A program made the position numbers and the translations under genes. Below the pieces are notes generated by a model, which worked only from the letters and a program-made list of their open reading frames with translations, was not told the origin of the DNA and made no database searches. Source: Phoronis australis (Eukaryota; Animalia; Phoronida). Taken from it: a stretch of DNA of 64,000 nt. Location: the NCBI GenBank assembly GCA_002633005.1, contig NMRA01000255.1, forward strand, positions 415,196 to 479,195, written 5' to 3'. Positions 25,301-37,209 of this stretch are shown here, in pieces. How positions within the stretch are numbered: the stretch's first letter is position 1; every line of letters starts with the position of its first letter.

Positions 25301-28300
25301 GGACCGACCTGTGACTGTGGCTGGATGCCGGGAATACTCACTCCTCGGGTATCTTTTATGTTTAGTCTTAAAACCACTTTCGAAAAAAATGTTTTCCGAT
25401 GTTTACTGTAACACACACTACATGTATCAGGATCACAAATTTTCACTCCCTGAAGAAAGAAGATTGTGTCTAAACTTTTATGGAAAGGCTAACTTTGCAA
25501 AAATTGCACTGAGCTTTACACGGTACATTTCAAAGCTACAATTTATAGTGGACGTTTGCCCAATTTTCATCTATCAGAAAACCTGTAGGCCTACATGTAT
25601 ATGCAAATATGGGATTGATATTTGGAGTAATTAGTTTATCACTGCATCCTTAACTTTTACTGACAACTGTACCAAACGGCACCAATGGTACAATCAATTC
25701 ATAACGATGCATAATACTGGATGAATGACTAACTAAATTCTCCACAGCAACTCTGAGGGAAACTTATTCCAAAATCTTTGTCTCTTTGGTATAAAGCTCT
25801 TACGCGTAATTGTTTCCCTGCTGGTTTTACTGGTCACTTATATAACCGGCGTACTAGTTCATTTCCGTTGTTATCATACTATTACACACTGTTATTTTTC
25901 GAATTTTGGTAAACTCTAGGTTTTTAGAATTTTATTTTTGTTAAATCTGTCAGGTTTGGGAAATGATTATTATTGATGAATTAAATGATTTATTTTTTAC
26001 GTCTTGTATTAAAACACCAAGAACCGATAAAACGTTTTCTAATGATATTACTGCCAGGAAGAGATCTTACAGCAATTATGCAGAACAGTTTAAAAACGGC
26101 GGAGTTGCGAAAAGTTTTAGACAGTAAACTCCATAACAACACCGGAACAAACGAATGCAAACAAATTCCACACATGTGCTGCGCAACATCAGCGGCGAAA
26201 TATCGGAGTTGCCAGGAATAGAGCTCTATGTTTTGAACAAATAGTGAGGAATGGACTCGAAATATTGCTAAGAGATTCTCCCGCCATTCGCGATGAATAA
26301 CGCCAGGCTGATCAGTGCTATTCTCTAAGATATTTCTATTCTCGTGTTCATTTACGTGGACTGTTCGGATCTAACTACGGAATTTTTATATTTTTTTAAA
26401 ACATGTTTGGCACATATTAAGTGCAGCTAAGTATTTTGGAATATGTGCAGCAATGACGAACGTCTCGTTGAGTCTCACGTGATTGATGGCGTGAACTCTA
26501 GCCATCACTCCAAGCAATGTGGAATTGATGTTTCCCACTGGACAATGATGGTTGTTTATGTCCGGTTTAAGTTCTCAGATTTAGCGCAACTTCTCAAAAC
26601 AGAGGTGTAGACGTGCACGACATAAGATTTTGTTGCTATCATGTTTTTGCAGAAGAGGAATCTCGAGTTATCTGTGAACCCGCCACTCGGTATCTTGCAT
26701 GCGCCAATCCACAGGAAGTGTTGTCAATAACCTCGGCAATGTACGGTCGGAAAGACAGCCATACTTGCCCTCACAGATTTATCCGTACTACGAGTTGTGA
26801 GTCATCGCGTTCCTTATCTGTCGTGAGCAAGCTGTGCAATGGAAGGCGAGTTTGTGTCATATCGGCGTCGAACAGAGTCTTTGGGGATCCTTGTTATGGC
26901 ACTTACAAATATCTAAATGTTACCTACCAATGTGTGCCAAGTAAGTAAGAATTCATTGCTGTTTCTGCATTCCATAATTTATTGACTCATGGTTGGTAAG
27001 ATACCATAAGTCAGGTCATACGTCTAGATCCTATAGTATTAGAATATAGACGAAATTATCCCGCTTACTTAGGGTAAAAACCGAAACTATGACTCTGGCT
27101 TGATATCAAACGTTCTTGTGATAGAATTCCACAATTTGTTAACGTGGATTAAAATGTGAATGAAATTGCTAAGTTACGTTGTGGTACGTAGTTCAAATGT
27201 TAACTCCCTCTATGACTTCGCAATTTATGGCCTCTTTTCCATCAAGAGAAACTCCGGTCTAGCAGAACTCCATCGCAACTCAACTTTCCCATTGAGTCCT
27301 CCCCGATGGTGACATCGCAGTTCCGTTGGTTCTCTGGATTAAAGACCAGATGGCGTGGTTGAACAATGCTTTTGAATCACTGAACTCTAACCCCGCAGTG
27401 GTTTCTCTCGTACGTGTATGTAAGCGTACATGTACGTGTATTCATTAGAGCTTGCGACCCCGAGACTTGCCGCGAGAGTTTGAACTGTGTATGCTCGAGT
27501 GAGTTTTATTCTAATGTCACAGTTATACGATCAAGCCAAATTTCATACTTAAGTTTCATTTTTTTCATTTTTGTTCATTAAGCAAGACTCATGAGGTACG
27601 GTTCAATACAATTAACGATTTCTCGGCAAAATTAGTCAGCACATCCGACAATTACACTGGTCATTCTTGAGAAGGACCGACCTGTGACTGTGACTGGCAG
27701 CGGGAATACTCACTCCTTGGGTATCTTTTAGGTTTAGTCTTAGAACCACTTTCGAAAAAATGTTTTCCAATGTTTACTGTAACACACACTACATGTATCA
27801 GGATCACAGATTTTCATTCCCTGAAGGAATAAGATTGTGTCTAAACTTTTATGGAAACTCTAACTTTGCAACCATTGCACTGAGCTTTACACGGTACATT
27901 TCAAAGCTACAATTTATAGTGGAGATTTGCCCATTTTTCATCAATCAGAAAACCAGTAGGCCTATATGCAAATTTCAGATTGGTAGTTGGTGTAATTAGT
28001 TTATCACTGCATCCTGATTTTTTACTGACAACTGTACCAAACGGCACCAATGGTCCAATCAATTCATAAAGATGCATAATACTGAATGAATGCCTAACTA
28101 AATTTTTCACAGCAACTCTGAGAGAAACTTATTCCAAAATCTTTGTCTTTATAGTATAGGACTCTTACGCATAATTGCTTCCCTGCTGGCTTAACTGGTC
28201 ATTTATATAACTGGTGTTCTAGTTCATTTCCGTTGTTATGGTACTATTACACGCTCTTATTTTTCGAATTTTGGTAAATTGTCGGTTTTTAGAATTTATT

Positions 28301-30137
28301 TTTGTTAAACCTTCCAGGTTTCGGAAATGAATATTATTGACGAATTAAATGATTTATCTTTTGCGTCTTGTATTAAAACACCAGGAACCTATAAAACGTT
28401 TTCTAGTGATATTACTACCAGGAAGAGATATTCCAGCAATTAAACAGAACAGTTTAAAAACGGCGGAGTTGCGAAACGTTTTAGACGGTAAATTCCTTAA
28501 CAACACCGGAACAAACGAATGCAAACAAATTCCACACATGTGCTGCGCAACATCAGAGGCGCAAGATAGGAGTGGCCAGGGATAGATTTCCATGTTTTGA
28601 ACAGATAGTGATAAAAGGACTCGAAATTTTGCTAAGGGATTCTCCCTCCATTTGCGATGAATAACGCCAGGCTGATCAGTGCTATTCTCTAAGATTTCTA
28701 TTCTCGTGTTCATTTACTTGGACTGTTCGGATCTAACTACGGAATTTTTATATTTTTTTTAAAACATGTTTGGCACATATTCAGTGCAGCTACGTATTTT
28801 GGAAAATGTGCAGCAATGACGAACGTCTCGTTGAGTCTCACGTGATTGATGGCGTGAACTCTAGCCATCACTCCAAGCAATGTGGAATTGATGTTTCCCA
28901 ATGGACATTGGTGGTTGTTTATGTCCGGGTTTAAGTTTTCAGATTTAGCGCAACTTCTAAAAACAGAGGGGTAGACGTACACGACATAAGATTTTGTTGA
29001 TATCACGTTTTTGCAGAAGTGGAATCTCGAGTTATCTGTGAACACGCCACTCGGTATCTTGCATGCGCCAATCCAAAGGAAGTGTTGTCAATAACCTCGG
29101 CAATGTACGGTCGGAAAGACAGCCGTACTTGCCCTCACAGATTTATCCGTACTACGAGTTGTGAGTCATCGCGTTCCTTATCTGTCGTGAGCAAGCTGTG
29201 CGATGGAAAGCGAGTTTGTCACGTATATGCGTCGAACAGTGTCTTTGGGGATCCTTGTTATGGCACTAACAAATATCTAGCTGTTACGTACCAATGTGTG
29301 TCAAGTAAGTTAATTCTTGAACATTGCTTTCAGGCTCTCAGAAAGTTGCCTATGTTAGTCATGAATCGAGTACGCTTGTCCTGCTTTCGCAAAAAAGTTG
29401 TTAAGAAAATTTGTTAATTGGTTTCTTGAGACGAGATGGCCACGACATCTTTGTGCATGCTACAGTTGGGGGTACATGGAAGTTGCATTAAGAGAATTGT
29501 TAATTGACGTCGTTAGATGAGATGACCGAGACATCTTGGTATACGCTTCAGTTGCAGATACATGCTGAGTCATTTACTTAAAAAACTAGCATAAGGGTGT
29601 CGGAATCACACTTCTCTTATACTCGATGTCTCAATAAGCTATTTTATAGCATGTACATTGAAATCATTTTGTTAGTTTCGCTAGAGCTCTAAAATAACAT
29701 ATTTACCAATAACTGCGCTTTTATTACGACATGCGTATCTTTTGCATTTACTGAAAGGCGTGCAGAGCATTTACATGTAGGCCTAAACTATGAAACAGGG
29801 AACTGCATCCGATTGTTAAATGGCTATCATTCCAGTCGTCACGCCCCTTTAAAGCATGCTCTCGTCCATCCAAGTTCCATTAAATGGCGTGTTTTAGGCT
29901 ATTCTTTCTCTGGGCGGTGCTATTCACGGCGACAACAATCACAATGTTCCCAGTGGTAGGCTCTGACTCTATGACACACATTGCACTGCTAGTCTGAGGG
30001 GTCCATCATCTGTTGTAGTAAGTACTTTTCTTGTCGTTTTAGGCAGTTCGGATGCAAAACGTTCTGTTGAAGAGGATGGTTTCGTTAGGGTGGACAAACG
30101 GCGAGCTAACTCACTTTTGACTGGTAACAAAGAGTAA
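22296..30137 (+). CDS. Lectin gene B: paralogous tandem SUEL/rhamnose-binding lectin precursor, 5 coding exons (22296-22353, 23284-23364, 26653-26940, 29017-29304, 30043-30137), 269 aa
   Basis: GT-AG phase-1 introns and an open spliced frame. Same signal and propeptide layout as A, two SUEL domains (YGR/DPC/KYL), TAA at 30135-30137 and AATAAA at 30239. Confidence 0.87.
23284..23364 (+). CDS. Lectin B exon 2, propeptide
   Basis: GVHATNKETADSPLTKTDVSKSKSQAS; acceptor ttttcag, donor GTAAGA. Confidence 0.78.
26653..26940 (+). CDS. Lectin B exon 3, SUEL domain (domain-2 type body with domain-1 type 3' end)
   Basis: EEESRVICEPATRYLAC..MYGR..GDPCYGTYKYLNVTYQCVP; AG/GT boundaries. Confidence 0.94.
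29017..29304 (+). CDS. Lectin B exon 4, SUEL domain
   Basis: KVESRVICEHATRYLAC..MYGR..GDPCYGTNKYLAVTYQCVS; AG/GT boundaries. Confidence 0.94.
30043..30137 (+). CDS. Lectin B exon 5, shortened tail
   Basis: SSSDAKRSVEEDGFVRVDKRRANSLLTGNKE*. Confidence 0.75.
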
Positions 30138-30705
30138 CGAGCCTGGGAGCAGCACGAGTTTCTGGACATGAATTGTTGGTCATCATCTGGGATCGACAAT
30201 CAGTGATTCTGGAACCTAATGAGATTTAATGGATCTCAAATAAAGTGCAAGATATAATTGATGAATTTCTTATCAATCCCGCACTACTAACCGAGCACCG
30301 TGGAAGTATATGTCACACTTACAACTCAAGTTTGTTGGAAGTTAATCTTCAAGTAATACCGAAAAAGAGCCACATGGTGGCTATTTTCGAAAACAAGACT
30401 AGAAAAAGTCCCCATGACGGACTCTATTGGCATTGTTTTGTATTCCTGGCAGAAATATAGAAAAACGTGGAAAAGATTTAATTATTTTAATTTTGGACCC
30501 TTAAAAGGGCCTTAAAATTTCAAATTTGTCTTTTTTCAGCTGACGTTGAACTTAAATTGTCGACAGAGAACACTTGCTCTTTATTCAAGTATTATTTGAT
30601 GCTCTTGGCTTAATGAGGGCGCTACATCGGCTATGCAATTTCCGAAAGTTCCCGCCACAATTTTTTCCGTAAAAACAATGGTAGCTAATTTACTTCCTAA
30701 GGAGG

Positions 30706-30925
30706 CACTGTACACAGGGATTTGCCAGCAGTGCGCACGTCACTTTACACAGGGTTTTGCCAGCAGTGCGCACGTCACTTTACGCAGGGATTTGCCAGCA
30801 GTGCGCACGTCACTTTACACAGGGTTTTGCCAGCAGTGCACACGTCACTTTACACAGGGTTTTGCTAGCAGTGCGCACGTCACTTTACACAGGGTTTTGC
30901 CAGCAGTGCACACGTCACTGCACGT
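30706..30925. repeat. 35-bp minisatellite, ~6 copies
   Basis: Unit cacgtcactttacacagggttttgccagcagtgcg; only ~2 copies at 9445-9522. Confidence 0.9.
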
Positions 30926-32594
30926 TCTGCCATTCTTCCACCTAACGTCTAGAATTCTACGAACAAAAGCTGTGAGTCGTTTCACACCAAAAGCGCTACA
31001 CATGACCACAGAATCGTTATATTGTCTCACACAAGACATATTATAGTCCTGTTCTCTGCCATACAAAAGGAAGCTAGCGAGGCTTCCAAAATATGCCAAT
31101 ATCGTAAAAGTAACAATTTTAATTCCTTGGCAATGCTAGACAACACTTAGCACTAGATTCTGAAAACATTATTTCCTACATATTCCAAAAATGTAGTCCA
31201 AAATTACTCCCATCTTGAACTAAATTTTTCACAACTCTAGCCTGTTTGAGGGCTACCTGAAACTGGAGTTAATTTCTCAGTCGCTACGAAGAAATGCTTT
31301 CAGGCCGCCATAAGAACAGTGCAAAATCTACCTCAAAATGACACCAAACCTGGGCTACCCAATTATTTAATGGGAAATGGCCACGTCTACAGACAACGTT
31401 GTCACCTAACCCACATTAGCGAGTATTATCTTACGACTATCTTATATTAATATTACACTTATCTCCACACAGGTACCACATGCGGGTATTTACAGACAAA
31501 AAAGAACACCTAGCAGTGTCTTATTTATTATCTGACAATGCCATGGGAACATTAACGCTTTGGTATCAGTGCATTTCCAGTGCTTCCCTTGCTCATGAAT
31601 TTCGCAGATAGTGGAGATTTTTGAAGGGTTTTCCTGGACTGGAATTTCCTACTGAACCGCCACAGTGATTTTCAGTTGTCCATGGCAAACTTGATTTGGT
31701 ACGGATAGCAAATGCATGATACAAAATTCACCATGTAGAGTTACAACGTGATCATTTGAGTGAGAATGTCGACTCATAATTGTGTTTTACGCCTTGCACT
31801 TTTTTGAGTTGCTCAAATGATGTGGGTGAATATTTTCAGTCGACTCCCGTTTAAGGAATGTCCTTGTGGTCACATATTTTAACGTTCTTCGTGAAATTCA
31901 CCTTTAGTGACATCTTCCGAACACATTTTATTGCCTCATTCAATGTTAACTTTCAGTCAAAATTTTCAAATTCTTTCAATCTCGATTTTAGACGTCGGTT
32001 CTTTGCTGAATTATTTTTGAGGGTCGTCCATTTTCACCATATGTTGTTCGGCAGATGTTGCAGAGCTGACTCTTGCACGTGACGGTCTCGCCAGTTGGTT
32101 ACTACCTGAGGCTCTCTTTGTAAGCCAAAAGTTTTCCAAAGAACCCCGGCTCTGGGAGCTCTTTCGTGAATCGTCTGCAAGAGTACCGGTTAGATCGGAG
32201 CGGACCTCTGATCAGAATTTGTTTCGTACCCGTACGCTATTTTCACTACCATTGAGCCAATACAGTTGCCACGCACTATGCAGTCAGTCATCATGTTTGC
32301 TAACTAGAAGTGAATTCCAGAGATGCGGCTCTTTTGCTGAACCGTTTACGTCACTTTACCTATCGTTGTATCAATAGTTAATAAGGGCTAGAAACAGGAT
32401 GATAAGGGAGGAATATGTCGACAAATAACCAGTGACCATACCACCAACGATAGTGACTTTCCTCTTTGAAGAAATAATTGTATGTTGTTCGTCCATTGGC
32501 GAATTGGAAATCATAAGTCACTGCAAAACTAACAGAAGAGACCTTCATTTTCCACAGGTCAGAGTCGCATTTGCAGCCTCGTCTAAGCTACGCT

Positions 32595-32911
32595 CGGGCG
32601 AGCGTTCAGTAGACGTTAGGAGCTACGCTAGAACCTAGCTAAAACCTGCCTCCCGTTCAGTAACGCTAGGACCTCGCTAAAAAGCAAGATTTCGCGAGAT
32701 TACGTGAGATATTGCTGTGCATTTTAAATGAGAGCACGTGACTTTGACTAGCTTTAGCTAGGTTCTAGCGTATGTAGTTCCTAGCGTCTACTGAACGCAC
32801 TCCCGGTCAAAGTCTCGTGTTTCCGTTTGAAATGCACGGCAATATCTCACGTAATCTCGCGAAGTCTTGCTTTTGAGCGAGGTCCTAGTGTTACTGAACG
32901 AGAGGCGGGGT
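32595..32911. mobile_element. Composite foldback/MITE with interleaved inverted repeats, specific to unit B
   Basis: X-Y-X'-Y' arrangement; absent at the orthologous site 11170-11185. Confidence 0.75.
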
Positions 32912-33722
32912 TACGACCTTTTATGAAACTAAACCAACAACACTTTTAAATTAAGCGTTCGTAAAGACCTTAGTGAAACAGCCACCTGCTGTGTACGTTT
33001 CCGATCAGTGCAGACTGACTCACTTTCTTACAGAAATAAAGCACTTCAAACGTGAACGTGTGAGTCACCAGTGGCCGGTTGCTTGAAACATTCCCAAATA
33101 GGCACTCAACTAAGTTCTCTCAATCTACTGTGTTTTTTGGACTTGTGAAAATTGTCCTTCATTGCATTGTTTTAGTTTCATTAACAAGTCAACATTTGAT
33201 TTTGAAGCAAATCGAGAGTGATCTCTACATTGAATGTTCAATATTTTCGAAAGTAATTAGGGACCTTTTCATGCAATACCCCTAATTTAAGGACTGAGTC
33301 GCTACATCTTTCAGTGAATGATTGTGTGGCCACCAAGAGCAGGGATAAGTGGCACCCATTCAAAGTGACCAGGGAGGTGGCCAAATCTACGACAGGGGTG
33401 ACATTATTACATTCTGCCTGCGGTGAAATCAACCATTATCCCAATTGTAAAATCTCTAAGCTGTCACTTGTATCTGTTAATGTATGCAACAGGTCAATTT
33501 CAGAAACTGGAACACTTTTGGCCAAGTGATATTTTAGTGACGACCCTAAATCACAGAGACAATTTCTATACAGAAATAGGAGATAGTCACAAAATCATTG
33601 ATTGCAATCACCAACAGTCCGTTTGATAAGCTGGTGGTTCCAAATTTGACAACGGACAATCAGGATCAGGAATTTACTTTCCAGACCTTGCAGGTGGCGA
33701 CAAAGAAAGCTGGATCTCACTG

Positions 33723-34500
33723 GATAACACCGTTACAGTCTTTCAGGCTGAAAATTTTGCCATTCACCAGGCTGCCCAAATTGCAAGGAAGCATGATGCA
33801 GTCCTTGGAAACAAGGAACTCTTCATACTCTCAGACAGCCACGCAGCTATTAAAGCTCTATCTAAGCCCAAGATCAACTCCCACTGTGTCCTGGCATGTG
33901 TAAACGAGCATAACCATCTATCAGCTAGCAGAACTGTTCATGTGAACTGGGTTAAAGCCCGTGTTGGCATTGACGATAACGAAGCTGCTGACAAACTTGC
34001 AAACGAAGGAGCAAGCGCACCCTGTTTTGTACCAGAACCTTGCATACCAGTTGCCTATAGGTGCTGCAGAGCAAAGGTAAAGTGCTGGGTGTGTAAACTG
34101 TCCGTGAATGCATGGAGAAAGCTCTCAGCCTGTAGACAAACCAAACAACTTTTCCCAAGTCTCAGTGAACCGAAAGGTTAAAAAAACTGTTATGTTTAGA
34201 TAGGCTTGCTATAAGGCAACTGATCCAGGTTATTACTGGACACTGCAACCTAGCTCGGCACCGTAACATCACAGGCCACATGGCATGCTCATTGTGTCCC
34301 AACTGTGGCTTGGAGGCCGAGAATCCTCAACATCTGGTGGAGATTTGCCGTGCCTACAATACACACTGTAATCTACTACTTGAAGGACACATAATATGCC
34401 TGGTTAACATTGTTAGTCCATACAGGTTTAATGATCTTACTGTCTTTCTGAAACAAACAGGCAGATTGGAAGATTTCACCCATGAGGAATCCGGTGATGT
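33723..34500 (+). mobile_element. Decayed non-LTR retrotransposon 3' fragment: RNase H plus CCHC zinc knuckle
   Basis: Hand translation: TVFQAENFAI..FILSDSHAAIKAL..VNWVKARVGIDDNEAADKLANEGA, then LIQVITGHCNLARH..CPNCGLEAENPQHLVEIC. This layout is typical of RNase H-bearing LINE clades (I/R1/LOA group). Frame breaks are present. Confidence 0.85.
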
Positions 34501-36621
34501 CGTGTCCCCATGAGTCATAATCAGGTGACTAGTGTAATGGGCCCGGCCTTGTGGCCTAAACACGCCTGATGTACCGCAAAAGGCATCAGGCCACCTGCAC
34601 CTTTTTATCTGATACCACAAGTTACTATGGGCATCTATGTAGAAATTCAGTTATCCCCGTTTTCCTTGAATATTTCTAACCAAAACATTTCACTCATTTG
34701 CTTTCACAAATATTACTGAAATTGATATGCTTTTGGTACAAAACACGAGTAACGGAAGAAAAGTCATATTTCAAATATTCTACCTACACTATACCCTGGA
34801 TGGCTAAACTTTCAAAAACCAGTAAAATTTGCACAAATTTAATGTTCTTTTGCGACAATTCGGGAATTTAAAACTCAAGTCATGCACTTACGCGAGATCT
34901 GCTGTCTCCCTGTTGGTACCGTGTGATACGCAGTGTTGTAGAGGAAAATTTTGAGGTAAGTAGGCGCCCTAAACCCACCGTATCACCTTGAGCACTGACC
35001 GTAACTTACGGTGTGTAGGCGCTACGTTCAAATGCCAAAAGGTGGTTGGCTGCGCCCACTTGCGCCTACGCCCCACCACAGCACTGAACGCGAAAATGTA
35101 GGTAAACGTTGTGAGGTAGTAAGCAAAGTTTGTCGACCTAACACGTTTGCATTCGCTTCGACCTGTAGCCGAAGCTCTCTAATAAGGTACTCTGATACGT
35201 TGATTCATATCTGGCCAGTGTTATTCAAGACCGTCTAACATATATTTCCGGATCTGCGTATGTGATCACATTCTAGCTCGTTCCCATCATCTGAAAATGT
35301 AACAAAAATCCGCCGTCTGTCAATTGCCAACAAATGTCTTACTCAAAACAAACACGGCCATGAGCTATGGAAGCTGGAGTAAATACACTGAGATTTACAA
35401 TAAGTAAACATTTACATGACAGACTAGTAACAAACGATTGTCTTTTTAACGAATGATTTATTTTGTTAACAATAGAAATATGCAATCACCATTCTTAAAA
35501 TGCTGGGCTTCTCATAGCAATCGTTGCATGTATTTCTTTCGAAATAAACCTTTATTTGCCTAAGTTGAAGGAATGAGTAAGACCTGGAGAGTGAGTGTTA
35601 AAAAAACCTAAGGGTTGTGTTGTACAACCCAAAACACCAGAGATAATTGTGGCGAGAAATCTTCGTGAATTTTTTCCCATAATTCAACATTGCAGACTCA
35701 CCGTAAACTAATTTCAAGGAAAGGAGTTTTGCTATTTAATCTATGCACGCTAGTAAGTTACTCGCCAAACACTCGCATTTTAAATGGCATGATTTTTCGT
35801 AGTCTTGCGCGATCTGGCATTTCTCACAGGATTGCTGCAGCAACGCATCACCCTTGTCACTCGGGCGGAGTGAAAAATTGTGAGGTCATATGCCTCGCTT
35901 GTAATATATAACGGTATCAGGCGAGAGTTGACATGACCATACCTAAAGAAACTTACATTTAGTTATAATCCTTATTAGTGAACGGAGCTCTTCTCTGATG
36001 TTCTGTCACATACATGTAAATCAACATTCCTGGAATGTTACTTGGACAGCGTTTGCGACATATGCGCTCAACTCGACGGAGCTCTTGAAATCTTAATTTT
36101 ATTCTAAAGACTTCAAAGGATGAATACCGTTCGCTAAACATATTATCCATAGTTCTTTAGTGGATTTCCCAAACCCCAAGTATTATGTCGATTATGCAAA
36201 TTGCACCGTGGGCGACATCGACATTACGTAAGATCGTGAGGCTACAAACACATATAGGCAAGATCAACAAGTTATGATTCTACACAAGTTAATCACCAGA
36301 CCATACAAAAACTCAAGGTGATACAATATTTTACATCAAATTTGGTTCAGTTATGATTTTTACAAACACTGTAGACGATAAAAAACATTCGGAACGTTTC
36401 AAGTATTTTCGTAGCCTCAAATTTCACCTCGAAAGTGAATGCTTTTACGCTCTTCACTCAAATGGCAAGTCACGTGACTATCAAGCTGGAGAATAATTAG
36501 CCCGGCATAACTGAAGATCGCGCACGCGCATTATAACGGAAATTTGATGCTTTGAAAATACCCGAGGTGTTCTGGATAAAAAACCTCCACCGGCCAGAGT
36601 TCGTTATTTTTGCACATTACT

Positions 36622-37209
36622 TCAGAGCCCGTTTGTTCCATCACTCTTTTTATAAAATATTGGCGACGGACTATCGCTTTCATGCCAGTAGGGGGACACT
36701 TCTACCGTGGTATCAGGCGTCGTACAATTTGGCGAATGTTTCTTTTGAGCAATCAGCTCTTTTGCTGCGGCGTAATCCTCCAGTGTCAAATCGAGGCTCT
36801 TCATTTTAACTGGCGCATATTCCTCTGTTTGCTCAATTTCCCTTTGAGACTGCTTCCTAACACGTCTAACTTCAATTTGAACACATATTAAGCGATAAGT
36901 CAACAATAGAATCACAAGCCCGTTTTTTGCAGTGAAGAACAAATTCGTGTAACTCATTACTTTGAAGTGGATGATTAGGGTTAGACGGAGAGCCAAAAAC
37001 GGCGCGTCCTGCATAATGATAGATATTAGAATTCCGTACACATCCGCTGTACAACAGTCTGTTGTCTCGGTCTCTTGATTGTACTTCCGCTGCACTACAC
37101 CCGATTGGTCGCTACGGGATTTTGTAGCAGTTATGACCATGCAAAACTGAAGAAGGCTCCACGACCAAATGGCCAAGACCATGTAAGTGAGAAGCTCGTT
37201 TCGTTGGAC
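36622..37209 (-). CDS. TMEM26: TMEM26 last coding exon
   Basis: VQRNELLTYMVLAIWSWSLLQF..QDAPFLALRL..SDGTNGL*. Confidence 0.92.
   Translation of the reverse strand, partial: VQRNELLTYMVLAIWSWSLLQFCMVITATKSRSDQSGVVQRKYNQETETTDCCTADVYGILISIIMQDAPFLALRLTLIIHFKVMSYTNLFFTAKNGLVILLLTYRLICVQIEVRRVRKQSQREIEQTEEYAPVKMKSLDLTLEDYAAAKELIAQKKHSPNCTTPDTTVEVSPYWHESDSPSPIFYKKSDGTNGL

Larger units (their letters stand above)
24831..29304 (+). repeat. Internal direct duplication in lectin B (24831-26940 vs ~27200-29304)
   Basis: Both copies start taactccctctatgac and run colinearly through intron sequence and a SUEL exon. Confidence 0.92.

Noticed and set aside
30633-31099. ORFs of 62-137 aa over the 35-bp repeat
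   Set aside because: Translations of a minisatellite; not preserved in unit A.
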